Positions 18,356 to 28,311 are shown, numbered from the stretch's first letter. The stretch is 64,000 nt of DNA from an uncultured Planctomycetales bacterium (GCA_964645795.1 CAZYCL010000005.1:26006-90005), one strand, 5' to 3'. The notes: generated from the letters alone by a model not told the origin. A program made the numbers and translations.

Positions 18356-19528
18356 TTACTCCAGATAAGCGTAGATCTTGCCTTTGAAGTTACGCAGGAC
18401 GTACTTGCCTTTTGCCTGGGAAAGGATATAGTTGGGCCCCACCGGTATCTTGCCGCCTCCGCCGGGACCGTCGATGACGTAAGTGGGCACGGCATAACCC
18501 GAGGTGTGACCCCGTAGCTTCTCCATTATATTAATGCCCGTGGCCACCGGCGTGCGGAAGTGTTGCGTGCCGCGCACAGGGTCGCACTGGTATATATAAT
18601 AGGGCCTGACCCTTATCTGCAGCAGCTCCTGCATCAGCCTTTTCATGATATACGGACGGTCGTTTATGCCTTTAAGCAGCACTGTCTGGCTGCCCAGGGG
18701 GAACCCGGAATCAGAGAGCATGTCGCAGGCGATCTTGCATCTTTTGGTTATCTCTTTGGGGTGATTAAAGTGTATGCTGATCCAGATAGGCGAGTATTTT
18801 TTGAGCATGCTCACCAGCTTATCGGTAATGCGTTGCGGCATGGTTACCGGCACGCGCGTGCCTATCCTTAAGAACTCTATATGCGGCACGGAGCGGAGCT
18901 TTTCGATGAGGCCCTCTATCTCTTCGTCCTCTAGAACAAAGGGGTCTCCTCCGGAAATAAGCACGTCTCTTATCTTACGGTTTGATTTTAGGTATTCAAT
19001 GGCTGCGTCAAAACGGCAAGCAGAGTTGGTTTCCTGGTGGTCTCCCACGAGCCTGCGTCTTGTGCAGTGACGGCAGTACAGAGCGCAGTGCTCGGTTGCC
19101 AATAGCAGGACCCTGTCCGGATAACGGTGCACCAGGTGCGGGGCCGGAGAATCCCTGTCTTCGGCGCAAGGGTCAACCATCTCGTGAGGGCCGACTACAG
19201 ACTCGCTTACCACGGGGACCGCCTGGCGTCGAAATGGGCAGCTTGGGTCATCCGGGTCCATAAGCGTGGCCCAATAAGGGGTAATGGCCATGGAAAGCCT
19301 GCCGCTGGCTTTCTTTATCCCCTCTTCTTCGTCTTTGGTAAGATTTATGATCCGGGCGAGATCATCCCTTGTGCGGATCCTGTGTTTAAGCTGCCAATGC
19401 CAATCTTCCCAGTCCAGGGGGTTGACCTCTTTGAACAGCTCGATCTGCTGATAATCCTGAGGTCTGGGCGCCTTTTTTGTGACCTCCTGCACCGGCTTCT
19501 GATTGTCTGCGGCTATAGTATAGCTCAA
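18356..19528 (-). CDS. KamA-family radical SAM aminomutase (lysine 2,3-aminomutase-like)
   Basis: CALYCRHCTRRR (CxxxCxxC), C-terminal YVIDGPGGGGKIPV, 390 aa. Its start overlaps the upstream gene's stop (19525/19528). Confidence 0.75.
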   Translation of the reverse strand: MSYTIAADNQKPVQEVTKKAPRPQDYQQIELFKEVNPLDWEDWHWQLKHRIRTRDDLARIINLTKDEEEGIKKASGRLSMAITPYWATLMDPDDPSCPFRRQAVPVVSESVVGPHEMVDPCAEDRDSPAPHLVHRYPDRVLLLATEHCALYCRHCTRRRLVGDHQETNSACRFDAAIEYLKSNRKIRDVLISGGDPFVLEDEEIEGLIEKLRSVPHIEFLRIGTRVPVTMPQRITDKLVSMLKKYSPIWISIHFNHPKEITKRCKIACDMLSDSGFPLGSQTVLLKGINDRPYIMKRLMQELLQIRVRPYYIYQCDPVRGTQHFRTPVATGINIMEKLRGHTSGYAVPTYVIDGPGGGGKIPVGPNYILSQAKGKYVLRNFKGKIYAYLE

Positions 19529-20529
19529 TTTATCCCCTTTCTACGCTTAGAAGCGCTAAGTAAAATAGCCTCAATAAGGTCTTCGTACTTCATCCCGGCG
19601 GCATAAGCCATGAGCGGGAAGTTGGATTCGCGGGGGTTGAGCCCCGGCAAAGGGTTTATCTCCAAAACGAACGGTGTGCCTTCGTTATTAAGGCGGATAT
19701 CGGTGCGGGAGATATCGAAGCAGCCGACGGCATGGTGGGTCTTAAGAGCGGTCTCTTTAACCCTGGCCTCCGACTGTTTATCGAGCCTGGCCGGACAATA
19801 AAAAGTGGGGTTAAGCCCCATCTCCTGGTTGCCCTGGAACTCTTTCATCCTCCAGGAATAAAAGAACTCTCCGCTATCCTTGCAGCCGGAAAAATCTATC
19901 TCCAGTATCGGCAGGATCACGGTCTTAGCGTTCTCCAGGATCCCCACGGTCAACTCTTTTCCCTCGATGAACTCCTCTACCAGCGCTTCCTGTTTATACT
20001 GCTGGAGTATGCTCCCGACTCTGGTGCGCAGTTCTTCTTCTTCGTAGACAACGTTTACCTTGTTGATCCCTTTGGCTGAACCTTCACGGTTAGGTTTCAC
20101 GATGAGCGGGAACTTCAATTGTTTGTCCAGCTGGTCGGTGATCGAGGTAAAAAGCTGAAAGCGCGGAGTAGGGATGCCCTCGGCAATAAGGATCTTTTTT
20201 GTCAGGGCCTTGTTCAGGGCCAGGGCGAGAGAAAACGTGTCTGAGCCCGTATAAGGTATCCCCATATAATCAAGAAACGCCGGTATCTCTGATTCGCGCA
20301 ACCTGCCGGTATTGCCTTCCGCGATGTTAAACACTATGTCTACGGGATTTTTTCTAAAGTAGGAAAAAATATTCGGGTATTCGACGTCGATCGCCTCGAC
20401 TGAATGGCCCTTGGACTGGAGGGCATTAATTATGGCGTTTACCGTTTCCGGGGAATCGCATTCGGAAAAATAATCGGGGGGCTTGGATTCGTCTTTTTTC
20501 TTAAGGTTGTAAGTCAGGGCTACCTTCAT
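19525..20529 (-). CDS. D-alanine--D-alanine ligase family ATP-grasp ligase
   Basis: 334 aa. Ddl-like three-domain order. C-terminal FVLEINPLPGL...AAGM resembles Ddl EVNTLPGMT...AGM. Confidence 0.65.
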   Translation of the reverse strand: MKVALTYNLKKKDESKPPDYFSECDSPETVNAIINALQSKGHSVEAIDVEYPNIFSYFRKNPVDIVFNIAEGNTGRLRESEIPAFLDYMGIPYTGSDTFSLALALNKALTKKILIAEGIPTPRFQLFTSITDQLDKQLKFPLIVKPNREGSAKGINKVNVVYEEEELRTRVGSILQQYKQEALVEEFIEGKELTVGILENAKTVILPILEIDFSGCKDSGEFFYSWRMKEFQGNQEMGLNPTFYCPARLDKQSEARVKETALKTHHAVGCFDISRTDIRLNNEGTPFVLEINPLPGLNPRESNFPLMAYAAGMKYEDLIEAILLSASKRRKGIN

Positions 20530-21519
20530 CTAATTTAGATTGTGCCTCTTCATTGCCGCCTGGATGATTTTGCCGATCATCTGTTCATAGGAAATGCCTG
20601 TCGCCTGGGAGAGCAGCATGAATACGTCTTCGGTTGAAAGCGAAGGCAGGGGGTTTATCTCCAGCACATAAGGCCTGCCTTCCTTATCCACCCTGAAATC
20701 AACCCTGCCGAAGTCGCGGCATTCAACCGCCCTGTATGTCTTTAAGGCCAGGTCGCTGAGCTCCTCTTTAAGGTCGGCACTGATGTGTGCCGGACATATA
20801 TACTCAAGCCTGTCCGAGGTGATGCGCGCGAAGGTATAAAATTTATCGTTAAGCTTGAGCCTTCCGTCGATCTTGATCTGCACTACCGGCAACACCTCCG
20901 GCTCCTCATTGCCCACCACCGCTACCGTAAACTCCTGCCCCGAAACAAACTCTTCGACTAGCGCCGGCTGCTTGTAGACGCTGACCACGTATTCCACCTG
21001 TTTTTTCAGCTCCTCAAAGTTTTCTACCCGGGAATTCTCGGTCAGCCCCTTGGAGGAACCCTCGCAGCGCGGCTTGACGATCAAAGGATATGAACAGTGA
21101 TCGGTATTGGTCAATTCATGCAGGTTTTTTATCTCGAAGAATTTTGGGGTGGGGATGCCTTCGGCCAGGAATATTTTCTTGGCTATGAGCTTATCCAGCG
21201 TCAGCCCGAGGGTAAGGGCGTCTGAGCCTACGAAGGGGATCCCTGCGACTTCAAGCAGGATCGGTATTTGGGACTCCCTATTCCTGCCGCTCAGGCCCTC
21301 GGAGATATTAAAAACGATATCGACGTTCAGCGACTCCCATTTTTCAAGCACCTTAAAGACATTGCCGATCTTCTTTACTTTAAATCCGTTGGCTTCAATC
21401 GCGTCGGCGATGACCTGTATGGTGCTGGGGTGATCAAACTCGGCGTTGGCATCAACGGGATCGTTTTCCTTGAACTGATAATCTGTCTTTAAATCGTAGG
21501 TGAGCCCGACTGTTTTCAT
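20530..21519 (-). CDS. D-alanine--D-alanine ligase family ATP-grasp ligase (paralog)
   Basis: 329 aa. Similar to the neighbour (YVLEINPLPSL). Its stop abuts the next gene's ATG (20530/20529). Confidence 0.65.
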   Translation of the reverse strand: MKTVGLTYDLKTDYQFKENDPVDANAEFDHPSTIQVIADAIEANGFKVKKIGNVFKVLEKWESLNVDIVFNISEGLSGRNRESQIPILLEVAGIPFVGSDALTLGLTLDKLIAKKIFLAEGIPTPKFFEIKNLHELTNTDHCSYPLIVKPRCEGSSKGLTENSRVENFEELKKQVEYVVSVYKQPALVEEFVSGQEFTVAVVGNEEPEVLPVVQIKIDGRLKLNDKFYTFARITSDRLEYICPAHISADLKEELSDLALKTYRAVECRDFGRVDFRVDKEGRPYVLEINPLPSLSTEDVFMLLSQATGISYEQMIGKIIQAAMKRHNLN

Positions 21520-21570
21520 TTTATTAATTTATATTTATATATGTTTAGCGCGCAGCCTGTGCGCAGGATT

Positions 21571-21600
21571 AAAAAAAAGGGCTCTTTGAATGCAGAGCCC
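21571..21600 (-). terminator. Rho-independent terminator downstream of the GT2 gene at 21686..22735
   Basis: On the minus strand: GGGCTCTGCATTCAAAGAGCCC followed by TTTTTTTT. The plus strand shows A8 at 21571..21578 and the stem GGGCTCT/AGAGCCC at 21579..21600. Confidence 0.55.
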
Positions 21601-21685
21601 ATGAGTATCCCGATATTTTTCAATTTATTTTACTTTCCCCCCAGATATTTATTAACGTAACTTATTGCGGTTACGATACTTTTTA

Positions 21686-22735
21686 TCATAATCTGCTATC
21701 ATTGTCAAGATTTTTTTGATGTTTGGAAAGCGGCGGGGTTCCATTTTTGCCGACGAGAAAAGCGATATTTAGGAAGAATTTACGATTGTGGGCGTTTTTT
21801 CTCATATTTCTTTTTTTAAATGCGCGCGCGAAGGCGTTTCTTTGAGAAAAAATTATCGCGGCTACCCGCGGCCGTCTTAATATTATATATATCCATGCAG
21901 CTGCCTCAAAAATAATATTGGCGGGTAATCGCAGCAGGAACCCGAAGACGGTTTCATTCTTTATAATGGTCAGGTAACGGTTCTTTACCAGGTCTGCGTG
22001 AAGCTCATCGCTTAAGAACCTGCGGGCATAGGGGGAACCGATGCCTTTTTCCTGCCTTACCGTAGCGCCCCTTTGGTGGTAAGCCAGCGCCCCCGGCACA
22101 TAATAGGCGCGCCACCCGCCAAGATTGGCCCTCCAGGCCACATCCAGGTCTTCGTAAAATATATGGAAATCGGGGTCAAAATAATCCCGGCCTTCCTTTA
22201 TCTCCTCAAGCATCTGCCTGCGCAAAAAGAATGCCGCTCCGCATGAGCCGAAAACGAACCCCTCCCTGTCAAACTGCCCCTTATCGGCACAGGAGTAACC
22301 GCGCTCTTTTGCGGTCCTCAAAAACCCGAGGAATAAACCTGTGCTGTCCAGGACTGTCTTGTTTGGGCGCAAGATCTTGCCGCTTACCATCCCTATCTTT
22401 TCGCCGGCCCTGAACCCTGACAGGGCCCTGGCGATAAAATCCTCATCCAGCGTCACGTCGTCATTTAGACAGAGCAGGAACTCAGCGCTGCTCATGGCTA
22501 TCCCTTGGTTAAGGCCCTGACAATAATAAAGATTCGTGGGGCTGGAATATACCTTGGCCTGCGGGCAGCAGGAGAGGACAACCTCAGCGGATTGTTCTTT
22601 CAGGGAATTGTCAATAACGATAATTTCGCGGGGAGGATGGCTCTGCCCTTTGATCGAATTCAGGCATTCTCGGATATAGCCGTATTTTGCGACTGTAACG
22701 ATTATAACGCTTACTTGTCCGGTCTGCTCCTGCAT
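21686..22735 (-). CDS. Glycosyltransferase family 2
   Basis: N-terminus VSVIIVTVAKYGY..., DNS and a DxD-like motif (LNDDV); GT-A fold pattern. Confidence 0.7.
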   Translation of the reverse strand: MQEQTGQVSVIIVTVAKYGYIRECLNSIKGQSHPPREIIVIDNSLKEQSAEVVLSCCPQAKVYSSPTNLYYCQGLNQGIAMSSAEFLLCLNDDVTLDEDFIARALSGFRAGEKIGMVSGKILRPNKTVLDSTGLFLGFLRTAKERGYSCADKGQFDREGFVFGSCGAAFFLRRQMLEEIKEGRDYFDPDFHIFYEDLDVAWRANLGGWRAYYVPGALAYHQRGATVRQEKGIGSPYARRFLSDELHADLVKNRYLTIIKNETVFGFLLRLPANIIFEAAAWIYIILRRPRVAAIIFSQRNAFARAFKKRNMRKNAHNRKFFLNIAFLVGKNGTPPLSKHQKNLDNDSRL

Positions 22736-22753
22736 TATAGCGGTATACCCCTT

Positions 22754-24499
22754 TTATTGTTTTTCCTGCCAGGCCAGGTACTCCTGGTATCCGGGATTAT
22801 CGCGCATCAATTGCTGGTGGGTCCCTGTCACCAGTTTGTCGGCAGCCGAGATAAAACAGACCTTTTCGGCCGCAAGGATAGAACAGAGGCGGTGAGAGAT
22901 CAGGATGACCGTCGTCTCTTTAAGGCCTGCCCTGATGCCCTTGATTATCTTTTCCTCCGCATGGGCATCGACCGAAGAAAGCCCTTCGTCCAGGACCAGG
23001 ATACGGGGTTTTTTTATCAGGGCCCGTGCAACCGCCAGACGCTGCTTCTGGCCTTCGGAAAGCCTGTAGGCGTGTTCGCCGATGAACGTATCGTAGCCAT
23101 GCTTGAGGCTGCCTATAAATTCGTCTGCGCCGGCCAGGCGCGCTGCCCAACGGACCTCTTCTTTGGAAGCGCCTTTCTTGCCGTAGCTTATATTGTTAAA
23201 AACCGTATCGCTCCAGAGCATCGGCTCCTGAAGCACTGCTGCGATCTGGTCTAAATATGCGCTTACATCCATGCCGTCTATCGTTTTGCCATCGACCAGG
23301 ATTTTGCCCGAGGCCGGCTCATAGAGCCTCAGCAGTAGATTTACTATCGTGGTCTTACCGCAGCCGGATGGTCCGGCCAGGGCAACAAACGAGCCTGATT
23401 CTATGTAAAAGGATACGCTTTTTAAAACATCTTTGTCCGGCTCATAACCAAAGCTTACGTTTTCAAACCCTACTGCCCCTGAACTAAGCCTGATCTTTGG
23501 CATTATTCTTGCGCTTGCCTGGTCTCCGGGCTTATCCAACACATCCTGAAGGCGCTCACAGGAAACCAGCCCCAGGGAAAGGCTATGGAAAGACCCTGCG
23601 AAAATTGCATGGAACTGTGCGAGCTGCCCCAGGTACAGGGCAATAGCGCTGAATGTGCCCAGGCTCATGCTTCCTTTTATCACCTGAAATCCTCCGTAAA
23701 AGACCAACAGCCCCACTAGCGCCCGCTGGACAATGCTGCTGGCCAATGATACGGCCATGTTCCTTTGGGAGGCCGAAAGGCTCAGCCTGATATTCTTGAT
23801 GATCCTGGAAACAAAACCCCTCATTTCCCTCCTCTGGGTAGCAAAGACCTTTATCAACTGGTTGTAATAGAGCATCTCCTGAGCCCGCTCAAAATTATAT
23901 TGCGAGCTTTCCACCCAGTCTTTGGTCTTCTGTTTTAACAGAGAGGCTTGTCGCACCAAAAACAGATATGAGAGTGGCAACAATACCAGGAATGCCAGGG
24001 CGATGGTCTTTTGCAGATAAAAGATCACCGCCAGGATCAATATAAACCTGGGAACGCAGAATATGACCTGCGGGATGCTGTTTGAAAGAAGGTGCGTGAC
24101 GCAACCGATGTCATAAGAGATGTTGTAAAGGTGCTTTGCGGAGGAGTCGCTGTGGAAGAGCGGATAAGAAAGGGAGTTTAATTTCGAGAAAATCTTTTTG
24201 CTTAATGCGAAGTTTATCTTAAGCTCCACGTAGCGGCTTATATAGCTTATCAGCGCGTTTAAAGCATTGGCCAGGATAAATATCCCTCCCATCGCCAGCA
24301 TCAGGAGGAAAAAGAGCCTCAGGTCCTTTCCGGCATATGCCTTATCCACGGCGAGCTTCGCCAGAAAAGGTCCGGCAAGGTATAAGGCAGAGACGGCGAT
24401 GTTCAAGAATGCCACCAGAAGCCCCTGCTTCCAGTAGGCAGCCATATAAGAAGAAAAACCCATATATTTGACCGGAATAAGAAATATTTTTCTCATCAA
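22754..24499 (-). CDS. Fused ABC exporter (transmembrane domain + ATPase; MsbA/NdvA-like)
   Basis: Six TM helices at the N-terminus, then Walker A GPSGCGKTT, signature LSEGQKQRLAVARAL and Walker B ILVLDE. Confidence 0.75.
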   Translation of the reverse strand: MMRKIFLIPVKYMGFSSYMAAYWKQGLLVAFLNIAVSALYLAGPFLAKLAVDKAYAGKDLRLFFLLMLAMGGIFILANALNALISYISRYVELKINFALSKKIFSKLNSLSYPLFHSDSSAKHLYNISYDIGCVTHLLSNSIPQVIFCVPRFILILAVIFYLQKTIALAFLVLLPLSYLFLVRQASLLKQKTKDWVESSQYNFERAQEMLYYNQLIKVFATQRREMRGFVSRIIKNIRLSLSASQRNMAVSLASSIVQRALVGLLVFYGGFQVIKGSMSLGTFSAIALYLGQLAQFHAIFAGSFHSLSLGLVSCERLQDVLDKPGDQASARIMPKIRLSSGAVGFENVSFGYEPDKDVLKSVSFYIESGSFVALAGPSGCGKTTIVNLLLRLYEPASGKILVDGKTIDGMDVSAYLDQIAAVLQEPMLWSDTVFNNISYGKKGASKEEVRWAARLAGADEFIGSLKHGYDTFIGEHAYRLSEGQKQRLAVARALIKKPRILVLDEGLSSVDAHAEEKIIKGIRAGLKETTVILISHRLCSILAAEKVCFISAADKLVTGTHQQLMRDNPGYQEYLAWQEKQ

Positions 24500-25407
24500 C
24501 CTGATCGCCTTAGGAACTGCGGTTGTTTTAAGACGTATCTATTCGCGCACAGGATCATCGCCAGTCTCGGGATGTCATATAAAAAAAGCGGCAGTACGCT
24601 CAGCGCATATCTGGATAACCCCTGGTTTTTGCGTATCATATAATACCTGTTACGAAAACACAGGTACTGCCTTAGCTTTGCGTCGAACCTGCAGCTGTTA
24701 CCCTGATGGAAACATAGCGCCTGAGGCACGAAGATCGCGCCCCATCTTTTTTTCTGCGCGCGCCACGAAAGGTCAACATCCTCCGCCAGAAAAAAGAACC
24801 TTTCATCAAAGTATCCGTTGGCATCTTTTACCTCTTCCAGCAACTCTTTTTTGTACAAAGAGGCGGCGGCGCAGCTGCCAAACAGTTTTTTTTGCGCATT
24901 AAACTTTTCTCCGTCGGGTTCTCCCCGGCCGATATCATAAAACCTTCTGAAAAAACTCAGGGCAACGCCGCTTGAGTATATAGTCCTTTTGTCAGGCATC
25001 AGGATCTTGGGCTGGAGGATGCCGACATTGCCGGATAAGCCGGTAGAGGCGGCGAGCAGGCCGCGCAAGAATCCTTCATCCAGGATGACATCGCAATCGA
25101 GAGTCAGGACCCATTCGCAATCCTCCTTAACCAGCTCTATGCCCTGGTTCCTGGCTTTGGCAGCTCCGAGATTCCTGTTGTTTCTTATCAGCAGCACCTG
25201 CGGATACTTGCTTGCGATCAGCCCTGCGGTGCCGTCGCAAGAGTTGTTGTCTACGACGGCTACTTTGCCCAGCAATCCGGCTCCGGCGCGAAACAGGGAA
25301 TCGAGGCAGGCGCCGATGCAGTCCATGCTGTTAAAAGAAACGACGACGGCGCAAACTCGCCCCCGCTTATCGGTCATCGCTTTTTCCTTGCCCCAGGGCG
25401 AGCGCAT
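24496..25407 (-). CDS. Glycosyltransferase family 2
   Basis: VCAVVVSFNS...VDNNS...DCD pattern. The start may be the internal Met at 25377. Confidence 0.7.
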   Translation of the reverse strand: MRSPWGKEKAMTDKRGRVCAVVVSFNSMDCIGACLDSLFRAGAGLLGKVAVVDNNSCDGTAGLIASKYPQVLLIRNNRNLGAAKARNQGIELVKEDCEWVLTLDCDVILDEGFLRGLLAASTGLSGNVGILQPKILMPDKRTIYSSGVALSFFRRFYDIGRGEPDGEKFNAQKKLFGSCAAASLYKKELLEEVKDANGYFDERFFFLAEDVDLSWRAQKKRWGAIFVPQALCFHQGNSCRFDAKLRQYLCFRNRYYMIRKNQGLSRYALSVLPLFLYDIPRLAMILCANRYVLKQPQFLRRSG

Positions 25408-26524
25408 AAAGCGCTTCTGTCTGGCTAACCATCTCCTGCTGCTGGTAGCTAGATGAAATAGATGCGCGCGCCTTCTCCGACATGCGCCTTAAAAGTTCCG
25501 GTTCGCTTAAAAGCCTGATTATCCTTTCGCTTGTGCCAATAACATCTTTTCGACCTACCAAAAAACCGTTTTCTCCCTCCGTCACAACCTCTTCAACCCC
25601 CCCGGTATCGGTGGCTACGACCGGCTTGCCAGCGGCAAGCGCCTCCAGCACCGCCACCGGCAAGCCTTCCCATAGCGAAGTAAGAACAAATATATCGAAG
25701 GCCTGGACGATCGTGGCGGCATCCCTGCGCCATCCCAAAAGCATCACGGTATCCTCCAGCTTCAGTTTGCGGATAAGCGCCTGGAGCTGCCGGCGAAGGT
25801 CTCCGTCACCTACAAGCACGAATCTTGCGTTGGTAATCTTTTTCTTCACCAGGGCCGCGACTCTAATGAAATCGGCGGGAGATTTTTGCGGCTTAAGGCA
25901 GGATACCGTGCCTATGACCGCTTCGTTATCCTTTATTCCCAGCGATCCCCTGATGGCCGGAGCCTCTTTAAAAGATTCATCGTGTTCTATGCCGTAGCGG
26001 ACGATGGCAAATTTCTGCTCCGGCGCAATGCCGCTGGCTATGCCTGCCTGCCTGTCGCGATCGCAGACCACGATTATCTTGCTAGAGCAACAAGCTGCCG
26101 CCCTTTCAAGCAGCATAAAGATCCTTCTTGCCGGGGCAGGCTGGCAATCATGAAAACTCCAGCCGTGCACCGTATGAAAAACGCTCTTTGTGCCGGCCAG
26201 AAATGCGGCAAACCTGCCCAGGATCCCGGCCTTTGAGCTGTGGGTATGGACGATCTGCGCCTTATGCTTCCTGATCGCGCACCATATCTCAAACAATGCC
26301 AGGATGTCCCGTAAGGGGTTTATGTTTCTTTCAAGGAATGGCGATCTTAGCAGGGTCAGGCCCGGTAAACCGAGGGCTTCATCAACAAGCAGGCCTTCTT
26401 TGGCGCTGATAAGGATGGGGTTGTATCTTTCTTTATCGATGCCGGCAAGGAGCCTTAAAAGCTGGGTCTGCGCACCGCCCAACTCCAGCTTCGTAATCAC
26501 AAAAAGGATGTTAGTTCTTCGCAT
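25367..26524 (-). CDS. Glycosyltransferase family 4 (GT-B)
   Basis: N-terminus ILFVITKLELGGAQ and a C-terminal EGLPVAVLEALAAGKPVVATDTGG donor-binding motif. Confidence 0.7.
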   Translation of the reverse strand: MRRTNILFVITKLELGGAQTQLLRLLAGIDKERYNPILISAKEGLLVDEALGLPGLTLLRSPFLERNINPLRDILALFEIWCAIRKHKAQIVHTHSSKAGILGRFAAFLAGTKSVFHTVHGWSFHDCQPAPARRIFMLLERAAACCSSKIIVVCDRDRQAGIASGIAPEQKFAIVRYGIEHDESFKEAPAIRGSLGIKDNEAVIGTVSCLKPQKSPADFIRVAALVKKKITNARFVLVGDGDLRRQLQALIRKLKLEDTVMLLGWRRDAATIVQAFDIFVLTSLWEGLPVAVLEALAAGKPVVATDTGGVEEVVTEGENGFLVGRKDVIGTSERIIRLLSEPELLRRMSEKARASISSSYQQQEMVSQTEALYALALGQGKSDDR

Positions 26525-26561
26525 CGGGAGAATGGGCCTAACGTGTTCTTTTGCGGAAAGG

Positions 26562-27299
26562 TCAGCGGGAAAACTCTACTTTTCCCCAGCTTATAAGGTT
26601 GTTCTTGACGATTATGATAACCCCCGCGACTCCGGGCACGGATTTTGCGTAATCAAGGGCGGGCTTAAGGTCTTCTTTGGATTTTATTTTGTTGCAGGTG
26701 GCGGTGGCGACCGCATCAGCAAGGACGGTACTCCGGGATAAAACTACCACGCTGTCAGCACAACCAAAACTTAAAGAATGCCCAATAGTTGCCGAAGATG
26801 TGCATATGCCCAAAGGCGTATCCTTGGGCTTGATGTTAAGTCTGAGCTTATTCCACAGCTTTGACCTGCCGGCATACAGTCCGACGCTGCGCCTCTTGGA
26901 GGTCTTTAAAAAGATGTCTCCGCCGTTCTCTACGATGACGTCCTTATACCCCTGTTTGAGCAGCCCCTTGCCCAGGAACTCCGCGATAGCCCCGGCCACA
27001 CTTGCCATCGGCCCGACATCGGCCTTCTTGGCAACACAAGCCATCTCCTGGATGATGCGCGGAGCGTTGATCTCCACGCTTATCGGCCTCAAGGTCGTAA
27101 GGAACCTGGGGTCCTTGTTGATGTAGTTCTCTATGTCCCAACGGTAAAGCCTTATCTGCTCACAGATTTGCTCTTTATCCACTGCCCTGTTGGTAAAGAT
27201 CTCCAGGTCCGTCTCTTTGGCTATTATATGGGTGAACTTAAGGTCTTTGGACCCGGCCCAGTCCCTGTAAAACCTTCTTTGGTAGCGTAAGCTTTTCAT
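26562..27299 (-). CDS. UPF0280 / ApbE-like family protein
   Basis: 245 aa. The GPMASVAGAIAE motif and overall size fit the UPF0280 family; function unknown. Confidence 0.4.
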   Translation of the reverse strand: MKSLRYQRRFYRDWAGSKDLKFTHIIAKETDLEIFTNRAVDKEQICEQIRLYRWDIENYINKDPRFLTTLRPISVEINAPRIIQEMACVAKKADVGPMASVAGAIAEFLGKGLLKQGYKDVIVENGGDIFLKTSKRRSVGLYAGRSKLWNKLRLNIKPKDTPLGICTSSATIGHSLSFGCADSVVVLSRSTVLADAVATATCNKIKSKEDLKPALDYAKSVPGVAGVIIIVKNNLISWGKVEFSR

Positions 27300-27301
27300 G
27301 C

Positions 27302-28309
27302 TTAACAGATGCGGGGGAACTGCTCCCCGGCAAGCTCCTCGATAATCCTTCGGGTTTTGAAAACGGTGCGCAGGATAACCTTCTTTTTTGGTTCGGGCAA
27401 AACCTCTCCGATAACGGCCGATTTTCTGCCTAAGGGATGCCTCTTCAGCCAGGCCAATATCATTTGCGCCTGCCTGGCCTCGACTACCAGCACGGCTTTA
27501 CCTTCGTTGGCGACAAATATCGGGTCTATCCCCAATATCTCCGAAGCCGCCCTTACCCTGGCAGAAACCGGGATGGATTTTTCGTCTATCATTATACCAA
27601 AATCCGAGGATTGCGCAATCTCATTAAGCGTGGTTGCCAGGCCTCCCCGTGTCGGATCGCGCATGAATTTTACCGCTTTTGTCCTTCTAATAACCGGCAA
27701 CAGCAGGCCGTTGAGCGCAGCGCAGTCGCTTTTAATACCGAACCCGAAATCAAGCTCTTTTCTCCTTGCCAGTACCGCCAGTCCGTGCTCACCGATGCAT
27801 CCGGTAACGATGATCTTATCCCCGGGCTTTATGCGCCTTATGGAAAGGTCCCTGTCGGCCATCACCCTCCCTATCCCGGATGTATTGATGAAAATCTTGT
27901 CGCAGGCCCCCTTCTCTACCACCTTAAGGTCTCCGGCAGCGATCTTCACTCCTGCATCCTTGGCGCTGCGGCTGATCGAATCAATCACCCTTTCAAAAAT
28001 ACCTTTCTCCAGACCTTCCTCGATTATAAGGCCTAAGGATAGAAATTGCGGCACTGCCGCAGACATCACCAGGTCATTGACCGTGCCGCAGACCGCAAGC
28101 TTTCCGATATCGCCTCCCGGGAAAAAGACGGGGCTGACCACAAAAGAATCGGTAGTAAAAGCCAGCTTTTGGCGGTATGGTATCAAAGAGCTGTCCCTGA
28201 GCTCTCCAAGCACGGGGTTAGAAAGCTTCTTAAGAATGACTCCTTCTATCAGCTGGCGGCTCAACTTCCCTCCGCTGCCGTGGCCTAAGAGTATCTTTTG
28301 CCAAACCAT
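27302..28309 (-). CDS. hypE: Hydrogenase maturation carbamoyl dehydratase HypE
   Basis: GHGSGG N-terminal motif; AFTTDSFVVSPVFFPGGDIGKLAVCGTVNDLVMSAA aligns with E. coli HypE; terminal PRIC cysteine. Confidence 0.8.
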   Translation of the reverse strand: MVWQKILLGHGSGGKLSRQLIEGVILKKLSNPVLGELRDSSLIPYRQKLAFTTDSFVVSPVFFPGGDIGKLAVCGTVNDLVMSAAVPQFLSLGLIIEEGLEKGIFERVIDSISRSAKDAGVKIAAGDLKVVEKGACDKIFINTSGIGRVMADRDLSIRRIKPGDKIIVTGCIGEHGLAVLARRKELDFGFGIKSDCAALNGLLLPVIRRTKAVKFMRDPTRGGLATTLNEIAQSSDFGIMIDEKSIPVSARVRAASEILGIDPIFVANEGKAVLVVEARQAQMILAWLKRHPLGRKSAVIGEVLPEPKKKVILRTVFKTRRIIEELAGEQFPRIC

Positions 28310-28311
28310 GA

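Noticed and set aside
21549-21566. GCGCA..TGCGC short palindrome between the terminator and the ATP-grasp operon start; considered as an operator.
   Set aside because: Only a 5-bp stem. No convincing -35/-10 around it. Too weak to call.
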